64,000 bases of DNA, taken from NCBI GenBank assembly GCA_016874975.1, contig VGSQ01000002.1, forward strand, positions 98-64,097, given 5' to 3'. Both the position numbers and the translations under genes were made by a program. Shown here one piece after another: positions 44,588 through 53,984 of the stretch (within the stretch, counting starts at the first letter, position 1; the number at the start of each line of letters is the position of its first letter). The stretch is from Deltaproteobacteria bacterium (GTDB lineage: Bacteria; Desulfobacterota; Desulfobaccia; Desulfobaccales; 0-14-0-80-60-11). Under the pieces are notes generated by a model. It was not told the origin of the DNA, searched no databases, and was given only the letters and a program-made list of their open reading frames with translations.

Positions 44588-45826
44588 CTATTTCCCCGCT
44601 GAAGGGTCGGCGGCGGCGCCGGGCTCGTTTTTCTCCTGCACCCCCAGGCGCCCCGCAGATTCCTGCGCCGCCGCCCTCTGGCGGCCGGTGATGGGCACCA
44701 GCACCCTGAGAGGCTCCTTGATCCCCACCGTTTCCGCGAAGGTGTGGAGGCGTTTGCGGATGAGCGGGTTCACCTCCTGCCCTTTGGCGATCAACATGGT
44801 GTTGTCCTTGGTGAAGACGTCGTCGTCCAGGATCATGGAGTCCGTCAGCTCGCGCAGCGTCACCCGCTTCAAGTCGTAGCGGGACTCGATCCACAGCACC
44901 GCTTCCAGGGCGGTGAGCAGGGCGGGGTCGTACCAGCCGGGGCGCTGCTTCAGCTTCTGCACGGCCTGGGTGCGGGACAGGCCGGCGGTCTCCAGGATGT
45001 CGAAGTCCAGCACCACCTTGAGGAGGCGGCTCCCCAGGGGGATGTCCGGCCCTTTGCGGGCGTCCTGGGGGATGCCGGAGCCGTCGAAGCGCTTTTCCTG
45101 GTAGGCGATGATCTCGCTCACCTCCTCCAGGCGGGGGATGCGTTTCAGGAGGTCTGCGGCCACGAAGGGGTGCATTTGGAGCAGCTGGTTCTCCTCGGCG
45201 CTCAGGGGCCGGCACCGGTAGATCTTGGTGAGCACCTCCGGCGGCAGCAGGATGAAGCCGATCTGGGAGAGCATGGCCGCGGTCTCCAACTGCCAGAGGT
45301 GGGGCGCCTTGACCACGAAGGCCACTTCCCGCACGTACCGGGTGATGCGGGAGGCCCGCCCGAAGGCCTCGGGATTGATGAGAGAGAGGATCTGGGTGAG
45401 CACCTGGATGCCGCCGCTCAGGGTCTTTTCCAACAGCTCCCGTTCGGCCAGCACCAGCCGGTGCTGGTTCAGCCCCATCTCCAGGGCCTTGGTGAGGACC
45501 TCCGGGGGGCAGGGTTTGGTGAGGAAGCGGAAGATGTGCCCCTCGTTCACGGCCTCGATGGCCGCGGTGAGGTCGGCGTTGCCGGTGAGCATGATGCGCA
45601 CGCTGTCCGGCGAGAGCTCCTTGACCCGGGCGAAGAAGCGGATGCCGTCCATGCCGGGCATGCGCAGGTCCGAGACGATGACCGCATAGGGGCCGCCGGA
45701 GGAGACGGCCTCCAGGCCCTGGTGGGGTCCCAGGGCCGCGTCGACCTCAAAAAAACGGCGCAACTGGCGCTGCATGGCCGCCAGCAGGTGGGCGTCGTCA
45801 TCCACGAAGAGAATCTTGGCGCTCAT
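44588..45826 (-). CDS. Response regulator with degenerate HD-GYP-like output domain
   Basis: REC domain (ILFVDDD...VSDLRMPGMDG). The output aligns to HD-GYP, but LHDIGK is LSQIGF and HHExWDGSGYP is YQEKRFDGSGIP. Confidence 0.8.
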   Translation of the reverse strand: MSAKILFVDDDAHLLAAMQRQLRRFFEVDAALGPHQGLEAVSSGGPYAVIVSDLRMPGMDGIRFFARVKELSPDSVRIMLTGNADLTAAIEAVNEGHIFRFLTKPCPPEVLTKALEMGLNQHRLVLAERELLEKTLSGGIQVLTQILSLINPEAFGRASRITRYVREVAFVVKAPHLWQLETAAMLSQIGFILLPPEVLTKIYRCRPLSAEENQLLQMHPFVAADLLKRIPRLEEVSEIIAYQEKRFDGSGIPQDARKGPDIPLGSRLLKVVLDFDILETAGLSRTQAVQKLKQRPGWYDPALLTALEAVLWIESRYDLKRVTLRELTDSMILDDDVFTKDNTMLIAKGQEVNPLIRKRLHTFAETVGIKEPLRVLVPITGRQRAAAQESAGRLGVQEKNEPGAAADPSAGK

Positions 45827-45841
45827 AGCTCCTTTCCCTTG

Positions 45842-47035
45842 CTAGCCCGCCTGGCAGAACCATTCCCAGCGGTCCAGCCGGTCCCCCAGGTTGAGGGTGG
45901 TGAGATACTCCAGATCCACGGGGCTGGGGGCCGGGCCCGCCTTGGGCTCATGGGACTGATGTTCCAGGTGGTTGGCGGCGTGCACCACGGTGAGGCAGTT
46001 GAATTCCTGGGGCTGCTGCCGGGCGGGCTCGTGGTGGAAGGCCACGGCCTGGACGATGTCGTGGGGGAGCCCCCACAGGGTTAGCAGATAGGCCCCCATT
46101 TCGGCGTGGGTGACCTGCAGCACCCGGCGCTCCGCCTCCCAGACGGTGAGGCCCTGCTCCCGGGCCGTTTCCATGACCTCCCCATAAGCCTCGGCCAGGT
46201 TGGCGGCCATCACCAGCTTGCCCACGTCATGCAGCACCCCGGCCATGAAGCTGTCGTTGACCTGGGCCTCCCCCCGTCGTTCCTTGACGGCGATGGTGCG
46301 GGCGAAATTCGCCACGGCCAGGGAGTGGGTCCAGAGCCGGTGGACGTCCAGGCCCGACAACCTGGCCCGGTCGAAGCGGGAAAAAATCTGCACCGACAGG
46401 ACCAGGACCTTGAGGGTCTCCAGCCCCAACAGCTCCGCCGCCTGGGCCGGGGAGGAGACGTGGCGGCAGAAGCCGAAAAAGGCGGAATTGACCAACTGGA
46501 GGATCTTGGCCGTCATGCCGATGTCCCGGGCGATGATCTCCCCTATCCGCTTGATGGAGGCGTCCTCTTTCTGGAGTTCCTCCATCACCTCCAGGTAAAG
46601 GGAGGGCAGGCTGGGCAGCGTGTCGATCCGGGAGACCAGCCGCCGCAGGGAATCGTCTTCCAGCATCCCCCGCAGCAGCCGGGCCCGCTCGATGGTGGCC
46701 TTGAGGGTGGCGTCGTCGCAGGGTTTGGCCAGGAACTGGTGGGCCGGCTTCACCGTCTTGATGATCATGCTGCGGTCGGACTGGCCGGACAGGATGATGC
46801 GCACCACATGGGGATAGCGGGCCTGGACCTCGGCCAGGAGCTGGGCCCCGTCCATCCCCGGCATGCGCATGTCCGTGACCACCACGTCCATGGGCCGGCG
46901 CGCCAGGATCTCCAGGGCCTCCGCGCCGCTGTCGGCAAAGGCCATGTCCCAATCCTGGCGCATGCCCCGCAACATGCGTTGCAGGCCTTGCAACAGGTTG
47001 GGCTCATCGTCCACGAACAGCAGTTTAATCTTCAT
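45842..47035 (-). CDS. Response regulator with HDOD output domain
   Basis: Start at [15 protein letters not shown] (overlaps the kinase stop by 11 nt). REC domain ([11 protein letters not shown]). HDOD motifs [32 protein letters not shown]. Confidence 0.85.
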   Translation of the reverse strand: MKIKLLFVDDEPNLLQGLQRMLRGMRQDWDMAFADSGAEALEILARRPMDVVVTDMRMPGMDGAQLLAEVQARYPHVVRIILSGQSDRSMIIKTVKPAHQFLAKPCDDATLKATIERARLLRGMLEDDSLRRLVSRIDTLPSLPSLYLEVMEELQKEDASIKRIGEIIARDIGMTAKILQLVNSAFFGFCRHVSSPAQAAELLGLETLKVLVLSVQIFSRFDRARLSGLDVHRLWTHSLAVANFARTIAVKERRGEAQVNDSFMAGVLHDVGKLVMAANLAEAYGEVMETAREQGLTVWEAERRVLQVTHAEMGAYLLTLWGLPHDIVQAVAFHHEPARQQPQEFNCLTVVHAANHLEHQSHEPKAGPAPSPVDLEYLTTLNLGDRLDRWEWFCQAG

Positions 47036-49847
47036 GACGGTCCTCCGCGCCGGCGTTCTCCCCCACCGGCAGGCGCAGGATGAAGGTGGCGCCCCGGCCC
47101 GCTTCGCTGTCGAAGGTGATGCTGCCGCCGTGCTGTTCGGTGATGACGCGGTAAGCGATGGCCAGCCCCTGCCCCGTGCCTTTGCCCACCTCCTTGGTGG
47201 TGAAGAAGGGATCGAAGATTTTCCCCCGGATCTCCTCGGGGATGCCCGGGCCGCTGTCCGCCACCCGCACCTCCACAAAGCGGCCGTCGGTGCGGGTGGT
47301 GACGGTGATGACGCCCTTCTCGCCGGCGTCCCGGTCCACCACGTCGCCGATGGCGTGGGCGGCGTTGACCAGGAGATTGAGGAAGACCTGGTTCATCTCC
47401 CCGGGCAGACACTGCACCAGGGGCAGGTCGGCCTCGAAGTGGGTGACCACGTCGGCCGCGTACTTCCACTCATTGCGGGCCACGGTGATGGTGTTCTCCA
47501 GAGCGCGGTTGAGGTCCGTGGCCTTTTTCTCCCGGGCGCCGGGGTGGGAAAAGTCCTTCATGGCCCGGACGATTCTGGCCACCCGCTCCACGCCCTCCAG
47601 GGACTGGGCCAGGGCCGGGGGGATTTCCTGGAGGAAATATTCCACGTCGGCTTCTTGGAGAATCTCGGCCCAGCCCTCCCGCACCCGCTCCAGGGCCGTC
47701 TCCGGCGGGAGCCCTGCCAGGAAGCTGCTGAGCTTCTCCAGGGTCTGGGTCAGCTCCCCGAAAGCGTCCCGCAGGAAACGGGTGTTGTCGCCCACATACT
47801 GGATGGGGGTGTTGATTTCGTGGGCGATGCCCGCGGCCAACTGCCCGATGGACTCCAGCTTCTGGGCCTGGGCCAGTTGGCTCTGGAGGATGCGCCGTTC
47901 GGTGATGTCCGCCCCCAAAAGGAGGAGCCCGGCCGGTTTGCCCTCATCGTCGTGGATGGGGCTGAGGGTGAGGCCCAGAAAGCCGTCCTTGCCGTCCCGG
48001 CGGCGGTAGGCGACGTCGTCCAGGCGCAGGGGCCGGCCTGTCTCCCATGCTGCGGCCAGTCCCTGGGCCACCCGCTCCTCATCCCAGTTCAGGCCGATGT
48101 CCGAGAGGGGCTGCCCCCAAACCTCCCGAGACGTCAGACCGAAGACCCGTTCCGCCGAGTGATTCCACTGGATGATGAAGCCGTCGCCGGAGAGGCTGAT
48201 AAGTATGGAGGGCAAGGCGCCCATCAGTTGCTTCATGTCCGCGTGGGCCCGCCGCAGGGCCGCCTCCCGGCGCTTCTGGTCGGTGAGGTCCAGGATCACC
48301 CCCACCAGACCCCCCAGACTGCCGTCCCGGTGAGTAAAGGTGGCCTTGCGGAACTCCACCTCCCGCACCCGGCCCTCGGCATCCTGGACCTGTGATTCAT
48401 AGACCTTCACTCCAGGCCGCTCGAAGAGTGCCTGGTCCATGCGGTGGTGCAGCTCCGCCGACTCCGGCGGGTAAAGGTCGAACACGGTCTTGCCCACGAT
48501 CTCGCCCTGGTCCCGGCCCAGGTAGCGGGCGAAGGCGGCGTTGCCGCCCAGGTAGCGGCCGGCCGCGTCCTTGAAGAAAATGGGGCTGGGAATAGTGTCC
48601 ATCAGGGTCTGGAGAAAATGAAACTGGTCCTGAAAGATTTCCTCCAGCCGCTTCTTTTCGGTGATCTCGTAGAATACTCCTTCCACGAAATCCACCTTGC
48701 CCTCGGGCGTCAGAAAAATCCGACTGCGCTCCTCGATCCAGACGGGGCGCCCCCGGGCATGGCGCACCCGGTATTCCCGGACGTAGCTGCGGTCGGTCTT
48801 CAAGGCCTGGAGAAAGACCTCCTTCACCCCCTCCAGATCGTCCGGCTTAATGATGTCCATCCAGGTGAGCCGCCGGGCGTCGAAGTCCTCCTTGCGGTAG
48901 CCCAGCATCTCTTCGATGCGGTTGTCATAGAAGTCGATGGCCCCGTCGATGTATCCCCTGAACACCATGGCGGGGATGTTGCCCACCAGGGTGAAGAATT
49001 CCCGCTCTTTTTTGCGGACGTCGAACTCCGCCTTCCTCAGGGCGGTGACGTCCTGGGTGATCTGCAGCACCCCCACCAGCTGGCCCTGGCCGTCCCGGAC
49101 CGGATAGCCCCGGATCTCCCAGATGCGGCCGGCGGCGTTGACCATCTCGCCTTGGTGGGGCTCGCCGGTGGCGGCCACCTTCCTCAACGGGCAGTTCGGG
49201 CAGGGGTCGGGGCGCTGGCGCCACAATTCGTGGCAGGTCCTGCCCAGCATCTCTTCGACCGGCAGTCCCAGGGAGTCGGCCGCGGCCCGGTTGGCCCAGA
49301 CGATGCGGTGCCCCAGGTCCTGGTAGGCCAACATCTCGGACAGGCTGTCCAGAATCAGCGATTTTTCCTGGTCCGCCTGCCGGCGCTGCTCCTCCGCGGC
49401 CCGCCGGTCGGTGATGTCCAGTCCGGCCCCCAACATGAAATGGCGCTGCTCCACCGGAGACCAGACCGGGGCGCAGCGCCATTCGATGAGGCGCTCCTCC
49501 CCGCTCCTGGTGCGCCAGGGATTTTCCTGCGGCAGGCGCAGCTCCGGGGCGAAGGGGTCGGCGAAGCGCCCCTCCACCACCGGCTTCCAGGCCGGCGGCG
49601 CCAGGAGCTCCATAATATTCCGGCCCAGCGCCTCCTGCCGGGAATAACCCGTCAGCTCCTCACAGGCGCGGTTGAACAGGACGATGCGGCCGTCCAGCTC
49701 CGTTAGCACCAAGAGGCAGTCCACCGTCTCCACCAGGGCTTCCAGGAGCTGATAGGTCTTTTCCAGTTCCGCCGGCAGTTGGGCGCGCCGCAAATTCTTG
49801 AGGATCTTTTTCCGTGAGAGCAACAGCGCATGACTTTCGCCGGTCAT
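47025..49847 (-). CDS. Multi-PAS sensor histidine kinase
   Basis: Several PAS/PAC modules, H-box GIAHEINTP, and HATPase N/G boxes ([26 protein letters not shown]). Start taken at [10 protein letters not shown] (GGGGG-rich RBS); the upstream ATG at 49895 is an alternative. Confidence 0.88.
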   Translation of the reverse strand: MTGESHALLLSRKKILKNLRRAQLPAELEKTYQLLEALVETVDCLLVLTELDGRIVLFNRACEELTGYSRQEALGRNIMELLAPPAWKPVVEGRFADPFAPELRLPQENPWRTRSGEERLIEWRCAPVWSPVEQRHFMLGAGLDITDRRAAEEQRRQADQEKSLILDSLSEMLAYQDLGHRIVWANRAAADSLGLPVEEMLGRTCHELWRQRPDPCPNCPLRKVAATGEPHQGEMVNAAGRIWEIRGYPVRDGQGQLVGVLQITQDVTALRKAEFDVRKKEREFFTLVGNIPAMVFRGYIDGAIDFYDNRIEEMLGYRKEDFDARRLTWMDIIKPDDLEGVKEVFLQALKTDRSYVREYRVRHARGRPVWIEERSRIFLTPEGKVDFVEGVFYEITEKKRLEEIFQDQFHFLQTLMDTIPSPIFFKDAAGRYLGGNAAFARYLGRDQGEIVGKTVFDLYPPESAELHHRMDQALFERPGVKVYESQVQDAEGRVREVEFRKATFTHRDGSLGGLVGVILDLTDQKRREAALRRAHADMKQLMGALPSILISLSGDGFIIQWNHSAERVFGLTSREVWGQPLSDIGLNWDEERVAQGLAAAWETGRPLRLDDVAYRRRDGKDGFLGLTLSPIHDDEGKPAGLLLLGADITERRILQSQLAQAQKLESIGQLAAGIAHEINTPIQYVGDNTRFLRDAFGELTQTLEKLSSFLAGLPPETALERVREGWAEILQEADVEYFLQEIPPALAQSLEGVERVARIVRAMKDFSHPGAREKKATDLNRALENTITVARNEWKYAADVVTHFEADLPLVQCLPGEMNQVFLNLLVNAAHAIGDVVDRDAGEKGVITVTTRTDGRFVEVRVADSGPGIPEEIRGKIFDPFFTTKEVGKGTGQGLAIAYRVITEQHGGSITFDSEAGRGATFILRLPVGENAGAEDRHED

Positions 49848-50089
49848 GGTTCCCCCGCCGTCTGGTGGGTTCAGCTTATACCAAGATGCGGTCATGGGGC
49901 GATGCCGACGGCCCTCGGGCGGCCCGCGGCCGTCGCCCCCGGCAGCAAAGACCGGCCTGCGGACGGACCTCCCCCGACCCGCTTGCCGGAATCGCTTAAC
50001 TGCTTATTCGGCAGGAACGGCAAAATTCTCGAGAGAAATCTAACCGCGGCGCCAAACCAGGGGAAGAAGCCGGGAAAGCAGGTTTTCTG

Positions 50090-50415
50090 CTCTGAAAAGT
50101 TCCTCAGGCGGCCTCGAGGGTCACCTGAAATCCTAAGTTCCGAAGGGTGCGCACTGCGCACCGTAAGGATGCTTAACTTTTCATAATTTATGGGTGAGCC
50201 CCAGGCTCATGAGCAACTGTCTTGAAAAGTCAGTGACCTTCTCTTTGCGCCCTTTGCGCCTTTGCGAGAAATTTTTCTCACGCTCAGCCACCAAGTTCCG
50301 TAGGGTGCGTCTCACGCACCATTGCCGGGGGTCGTCGGCGGGCAGGGACGCCCGCCCCACCGGCCTTTTCAGGTGTTATGTGCGGGCCGACGGGCCAGGC
50401 GCGACTGGTTGGGAA
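50090..50415. repeat. Dense cluster of mosaic intergenic repeat modules
   Basis: R1 hairpins at 50142-50164 and 50300-50322. TTTTCAT-hairpin modules at 50178-50230 and 50366-50415. GGGACGCCCGCCCCACCGGC module at ~50344-50363. Confidence 0.85.
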
Positions 50416-50575
50416 TAAAAAAATGTCAGGGTTTGCTGAATTTATTCTGCGAATCGCCGATGAAGATGCTGGAGGGGCGAATCGGCCTGTTAGGGTGGCG
50501 GCGCGCCTCAGAGGGGAGGCCCCGGCCGCAGCGGGACCGGCCGGTCCGGCCACCCCAGGTCGGAGGGGAGACACG

Positions 50576-52480
50576 ATGCTGAGCGCAGGGCAATGGGGAG
50601 ATGGCGGGGCCGAGTCCCGATCCTATCTCTGGCTGCCGCTGGCGGCCTGGACGCTGGTGGTGGCCGCCTCTCTGGGGATGAACATTATCCAGGAACACCG
50701 CAGCCTGCTGGAAACGGCCCGCCTCAGCGCCCGCATCAACTATGAGAAGGATATCCTCTACCGCCGCTGGAACGCCCTGCATGGCGGGGTGTATGCGCCC
50801 GTAACCAAAGATAACCCTCCCAACCCGCTGCTGGCTCACCTGCCGGAGCGGGACGGCGCCACCGCCGGCGGCAAGCAGTTGACCCTCATCATCCCGGCCC
50901 AGATGACCCGTCAGGTGTACGCCCTGGCCAATATGGACGGAGACATCCGCGGTTCCATCGTCAGCCTCAAGCCCTTCAATCCCCAGCGGACGCCGGATGA
51001 CTGGGAGGCCCGGTCGCTCAAGGAACTGGAGCAGGGCGCCCGGGAAGTGAGCGGGGTGGAGACCCTCAAGGGCAAAACCTACCTCCGGCTGATGCGGCCC
51101 CTCCTGGTGGAGCAGGGCTGCCTCAACTGTCACCAGGACTACAAGCTGGGGGACGTGCGGGGCGGCCTCAGCGTCGCCGTTCCCCTGGAACCCCTGTGGG
51201 AGGCCGGCCGGCCCCATCGCCTGGCCATGTGGGGCGGCCACCTTTTTCTCTGGCTGCTGGGTTCGGGGGGCATCATCTTCGGCTACCTGCGTCTGAAGGA
51301 CAATCTGCGGTTCCGGCGGGAGGCCGAAGTGGCCATGGTGGACGCCAACGAAAAGCTCAAGGTCATGGTGTACGAATCCAGCTTGCGCCACCGGCAGGCC
51401 GTGCTTTTAAACGACATGACGGAGATGCTGCAGTCCTGCCTCACCATGGAGGAGGCCCACCGGGCCCTGGGCCATTTCCTGCCCCGGCTCTTTCCCGAGG
51501 AGTCGGGCGCCCTCTACCTCTTCAGGGAATCGCCCAACTTCCTGGAAGCCGTGGCCGTGTGGGGCAGCGACCCGCCGACGGAAACGCTCTTTGAACCGCC
51601 CGACTGCCTGGCCTTGCGGCGGGGCCGGCTGCATCAGGTGGCGGACCACAGCCGGGGTTTGGTCTGCGCGCACCTGAACCAGGCGCGAGCCTCTTACCTC
51701 TGCGTGCCCCTGGCGGCCCAGGGCGAGACCCTGGGCGTGCTCCACCTGCGGGCCGAAGCCTGGGAGATCGGCATGGGCGGGGCAGGGGAGGAGGAGGGTT
51801 TGCCGGAGATGACCCGTCAGTTGGCCGGCCTCACCGGCGAGCAGTTGTCCCTGGCTATATCCAACCTGAAGCTGCGGGAAAGCCTGGCCCAACAGGCCAT
51901 CCGCGACCCCCTCACCGGTCTGTTCAACCGGCGCTACCTGGACGAAACCTTTCCCCGGGAGCTGCACCGGGTGAAGCGCAAAGGCGCCTCCCTGGGGGTC
52001 CTGATGCTGGACCTGGACCACTTCAAGCGCTTCAACGACACCTTCGGCCACAAGGCCGGCGACGTCCTGTTGAGCGCAGTGGGGAATTTCCTCAAGAGCC
52101 GCATCCGGCGGGAAGACCTGCCCTGCCGCTACGGCGGGGAGGAATTCGTCCTGATCCTGCCGGAGATCAGCCTGGAGGACCTGTGCCTCCGGGCCGAGGA
52201 ACTGCGCCGGGGCATGGAGGAGCTTCAGGTTTTCCACCAGGGGCAGTATCTGGGAGAGGTCACCGTGTCCCTGGGCGCGGCCCTCTACCCGAGCCACGGC
52301 GACACCCCCGACGCGCTGCTCCGGGCCGCGGACGCCGCCCTCTACCAGGCCAAACAGGAGGGCCGCAACCGCCTGGCGCTGGCCGGCCTGGCGCCCTCTC
52401 CCGAGCCCTCTGCCGCCCCCACTCCTGCCCCGGCCGCGCCGGCGCAGGCGCAAGAGCCCTCCCCCGAGGCCGATTTTTAA
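50576..52480 (+). CDS. Diguanylate cyclase with periplasmic heme-c sensor (DUF3365-like), GAF and GGDEF domains
   Basis: GGAGGGGAG RBS. TM, CLNCH (CxxCH) in the periplasmic domain, second TM, GAF-like region, and GGDEF with RYGGEEF preceded by an RRED I-site. Confidence 0.88.
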   Translation: MLSAGQWGDGGAESRSYLWLPLAAWTLVVAASLGMNIIQEHRSLLETARLSARINYEKDILYRRWNALHGGVYAPVTKDNPPNPLLAHLPERDGATAGGKQLTLIIPAQMTRQVYALANMDGDIRGSIVSLKPFNPQRTPDDWEARSLKELEQGAREVSGVETLKGKTYLRLMRPLLVEQGCLNCHQDYKLGDVRGGLSVAVPLEPLWEAGRPHRLAMWGGHLFLWLLGSGGIIFGYLRLKDNLRFRREAEVAMVDANEKLKVMVYESSLRHRQAVLLNDMTEMLQSCLTMEEAHRALGHFLPRLFPEESGALYLFRESPNFLEAVAVWGSDPPTETLFEPPDCLALRRGRLHQVADHSRGLVCAHLNQARASYLCVPLAAQGETLGVLHLRAEAWEIGMGGAGEEEGLPEMTRQLAGLTGEQLSLAISNLKLRESLAQQAIRDPLTGLFNRRYLDETFPRELHRVKRKGASLGVLMLDLDHFKRFNDTFGHKAGDVLLSAVGNFLKSRIRREDLPCRYGGEEFVLILPEISLEDLCLRAEELRRGMEELQVFHQGQYLGEVTVSLGAALYPSHGDTPDALLRAADAALYQAKQEGRNRLALAGLAPSPEPSAAPTPAPAAPAQAQEPSPEADF

Positions 52481-52713
52481 CGCCGGCCGGCCTCGCCATT
52501 CCATCCTCGCTTCCACCATAAAGTTGTTCCGTAGGGTGCGCACCGCGCACCATGGCCTGGGTCTGGCGGCGGGCGGGGACAACCCTGACCCCCTTGCGCC
52601 ATATTTTCCCCGCCGGCGTGGACATTTCCCTCCCAATGATTATGTTTAGAAATAATATTGTAAAAGCAAAAGCCGGCGCAGTCCGGCCCCCAACCTCCTC
52701 CTGTGAGGCCATC

Positions 52714-53616
52714 ATGTCATGCTGTCGGCCATCCTGGTTCCGGGCGGCGCTGATCATCTTCCTGGCCGCCCTGTTGACGGCCGTGGGGCTGACCTTCTCC
52801 CCGGGCCCGGTCATGGTTCAACCCCTTTTGGGAGCCAATATTCCCGACACCTCGGAGGCGCCCCTGATTATGAAAACATCTTCCACTGACGCAGGCAAAA
52901 ACCCGGCGATTCCCCCTCTGGACGCGGCCCCGCCGGGCCGTCTGGAAACGGCCACCTTCGCCTTGGGGTGATTCTGGGGTCCGGAGGCCCGGTTCGGGGC
53001 CTTGCAGGGCGTCATCCGCACCCGGGTGGGGTACGCCGGGGGCGCCCGGCCTGATCCCACCTACCACCGCCTGGGCGACCACAGCGAGGTGGTGCAGATC
53101 GACTTCGACCCTCGGCAGATCACCTACGCCCAACTGCTGGCGGTCTTTTGGCAGAGCCACGATCCCACGAGCCAGGCCTGGTCTCGGCAATATCGGACCG
53201 CGGTCTTCTATCACGACGACATCCAGCAGCGGCTGGCCCAGGAGAGCCGGGAGCGGGTGGCCGCCCGGCTGGGAGGCAGGATTCACACCACCGTGGAGCC
53301 GGCCACCACGTTTTACCTGGCCGAAGGCTACCATCAGAAGTATTACCTGCAGCAGTCCCGCACCTTCTGGGCCGAGTATCTCAGGGTGTATCCGGCGGTG
53401 GGCGACCTGATCAATTCCACCGCCGCCGCCCGGGTGAACGGCTACCTGGCCGGCTACGGCGCGGCACAGGACTTTCAGGCCGACCTGCCCCGCCTGGGGC
53501 TGTCCCCCGAGGCCCGGGAGAAGCTTTACACCCTGGTGGCCGGCTCGAGGCGCTTCCGCCAGGCCGAACAGAAAGGGGAAGAGGCCGGGGCCGCCTGCCC
53601 GCGGCCTGGCCAGTGA
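52714..53616 (+). CDS. msrA: Peptide-methionine (S)-S-oxide reductase MsrA, exported; in-frame UGA (selenocysteine) at the catalytic position
   Basis: ORFs 52552..52971 and 53002..53616 share one frame and are separated only by TGA 52969-52971. Read-through gives ATFALG-U-FWGPEARFGALQGVIRTRVGYAGG (GCFWG motif). N-terminal anchor MSCCRPSWFRAALIIFLAALLTAVGL. The start codon is uncertain. Confidence 0.72.
52985..53002 (+). promoter_or_regulatory. Candidate bacterial SECIS hairpin
   Basis: AGGCCC-GGTTCG-GGGCCT begins 13 nt after the UGA. The loop contains GGUU. Confidence 0.5.
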
Positions 53617-53620
53617 GGCA

Positions 53621-53711
53621 GGTGTCAGGTGTCAGGTGTCAGGTTCTATGTTTCACTCTGGTTACCAAGCTCCCGCTTGGGAACCGGATTGCCCGCAAAG
53701 CTCTGCTTTGC
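53621..53711 (+). repeat. Heptamer array (GGTGTCA)n + conserved double hairpin element, copy 2
   Basis: GGTGTCA x3 GGTTCTA, then GGTTACCAAGC-TCCC-GCTTGGGAACC and GCAAAGC-TCT-GCTTTGC. Starts 5 nt after the msrA stop. Homologous to 40635-40725. Confidence 0.85.
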
Positions 53712-53984
53712 TCCTGGACACACCCGGCGGGATGCGCCCCGCTTTCCCGCCCTACAGCTCTGAGCCCCATAACTATGCATAACTTTTCATGCTTTGCGGG
53801 TGAGCCGGAGGCTCATGAGCAACTGTACTGAGAAACACTTAAATGTCCAGCGCCGTTTCTCCCAAGCGCGAAACATCAGGGTCAGGCGGAAGGCGCTTTT
53901 CAGGGATGTCCCAGGGGCAAAGATCGTGCCGGGTCGCCATGATTCTTAACTTTGGGCGAGTTGACGAAAGGAGAACAGTTAACC

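Noticed and set aside
44744-49706. Series of long plus-strand ORFs (44744..46084, 46106..47083, 46863..48395, 48444..49706)
   Set aside because: All are antisense to the response-regulator and histidine-kinase genes, which carry clear REC, HDOD, PAS and HATPase motifs.
52552-53616. Treating 52552..52971 and 53002..53616 as two separate genes, or as an msrA pseudogene
   Set aside because: The two ORFs share one frame. The single interrupting codon is TGA at the catalytic Cys position and a hairpin follows it. The downstream ORF would need a TTG start inside the conserved core and would lack the active site. The selenocysteine reading is preferred but still needs confirmation.
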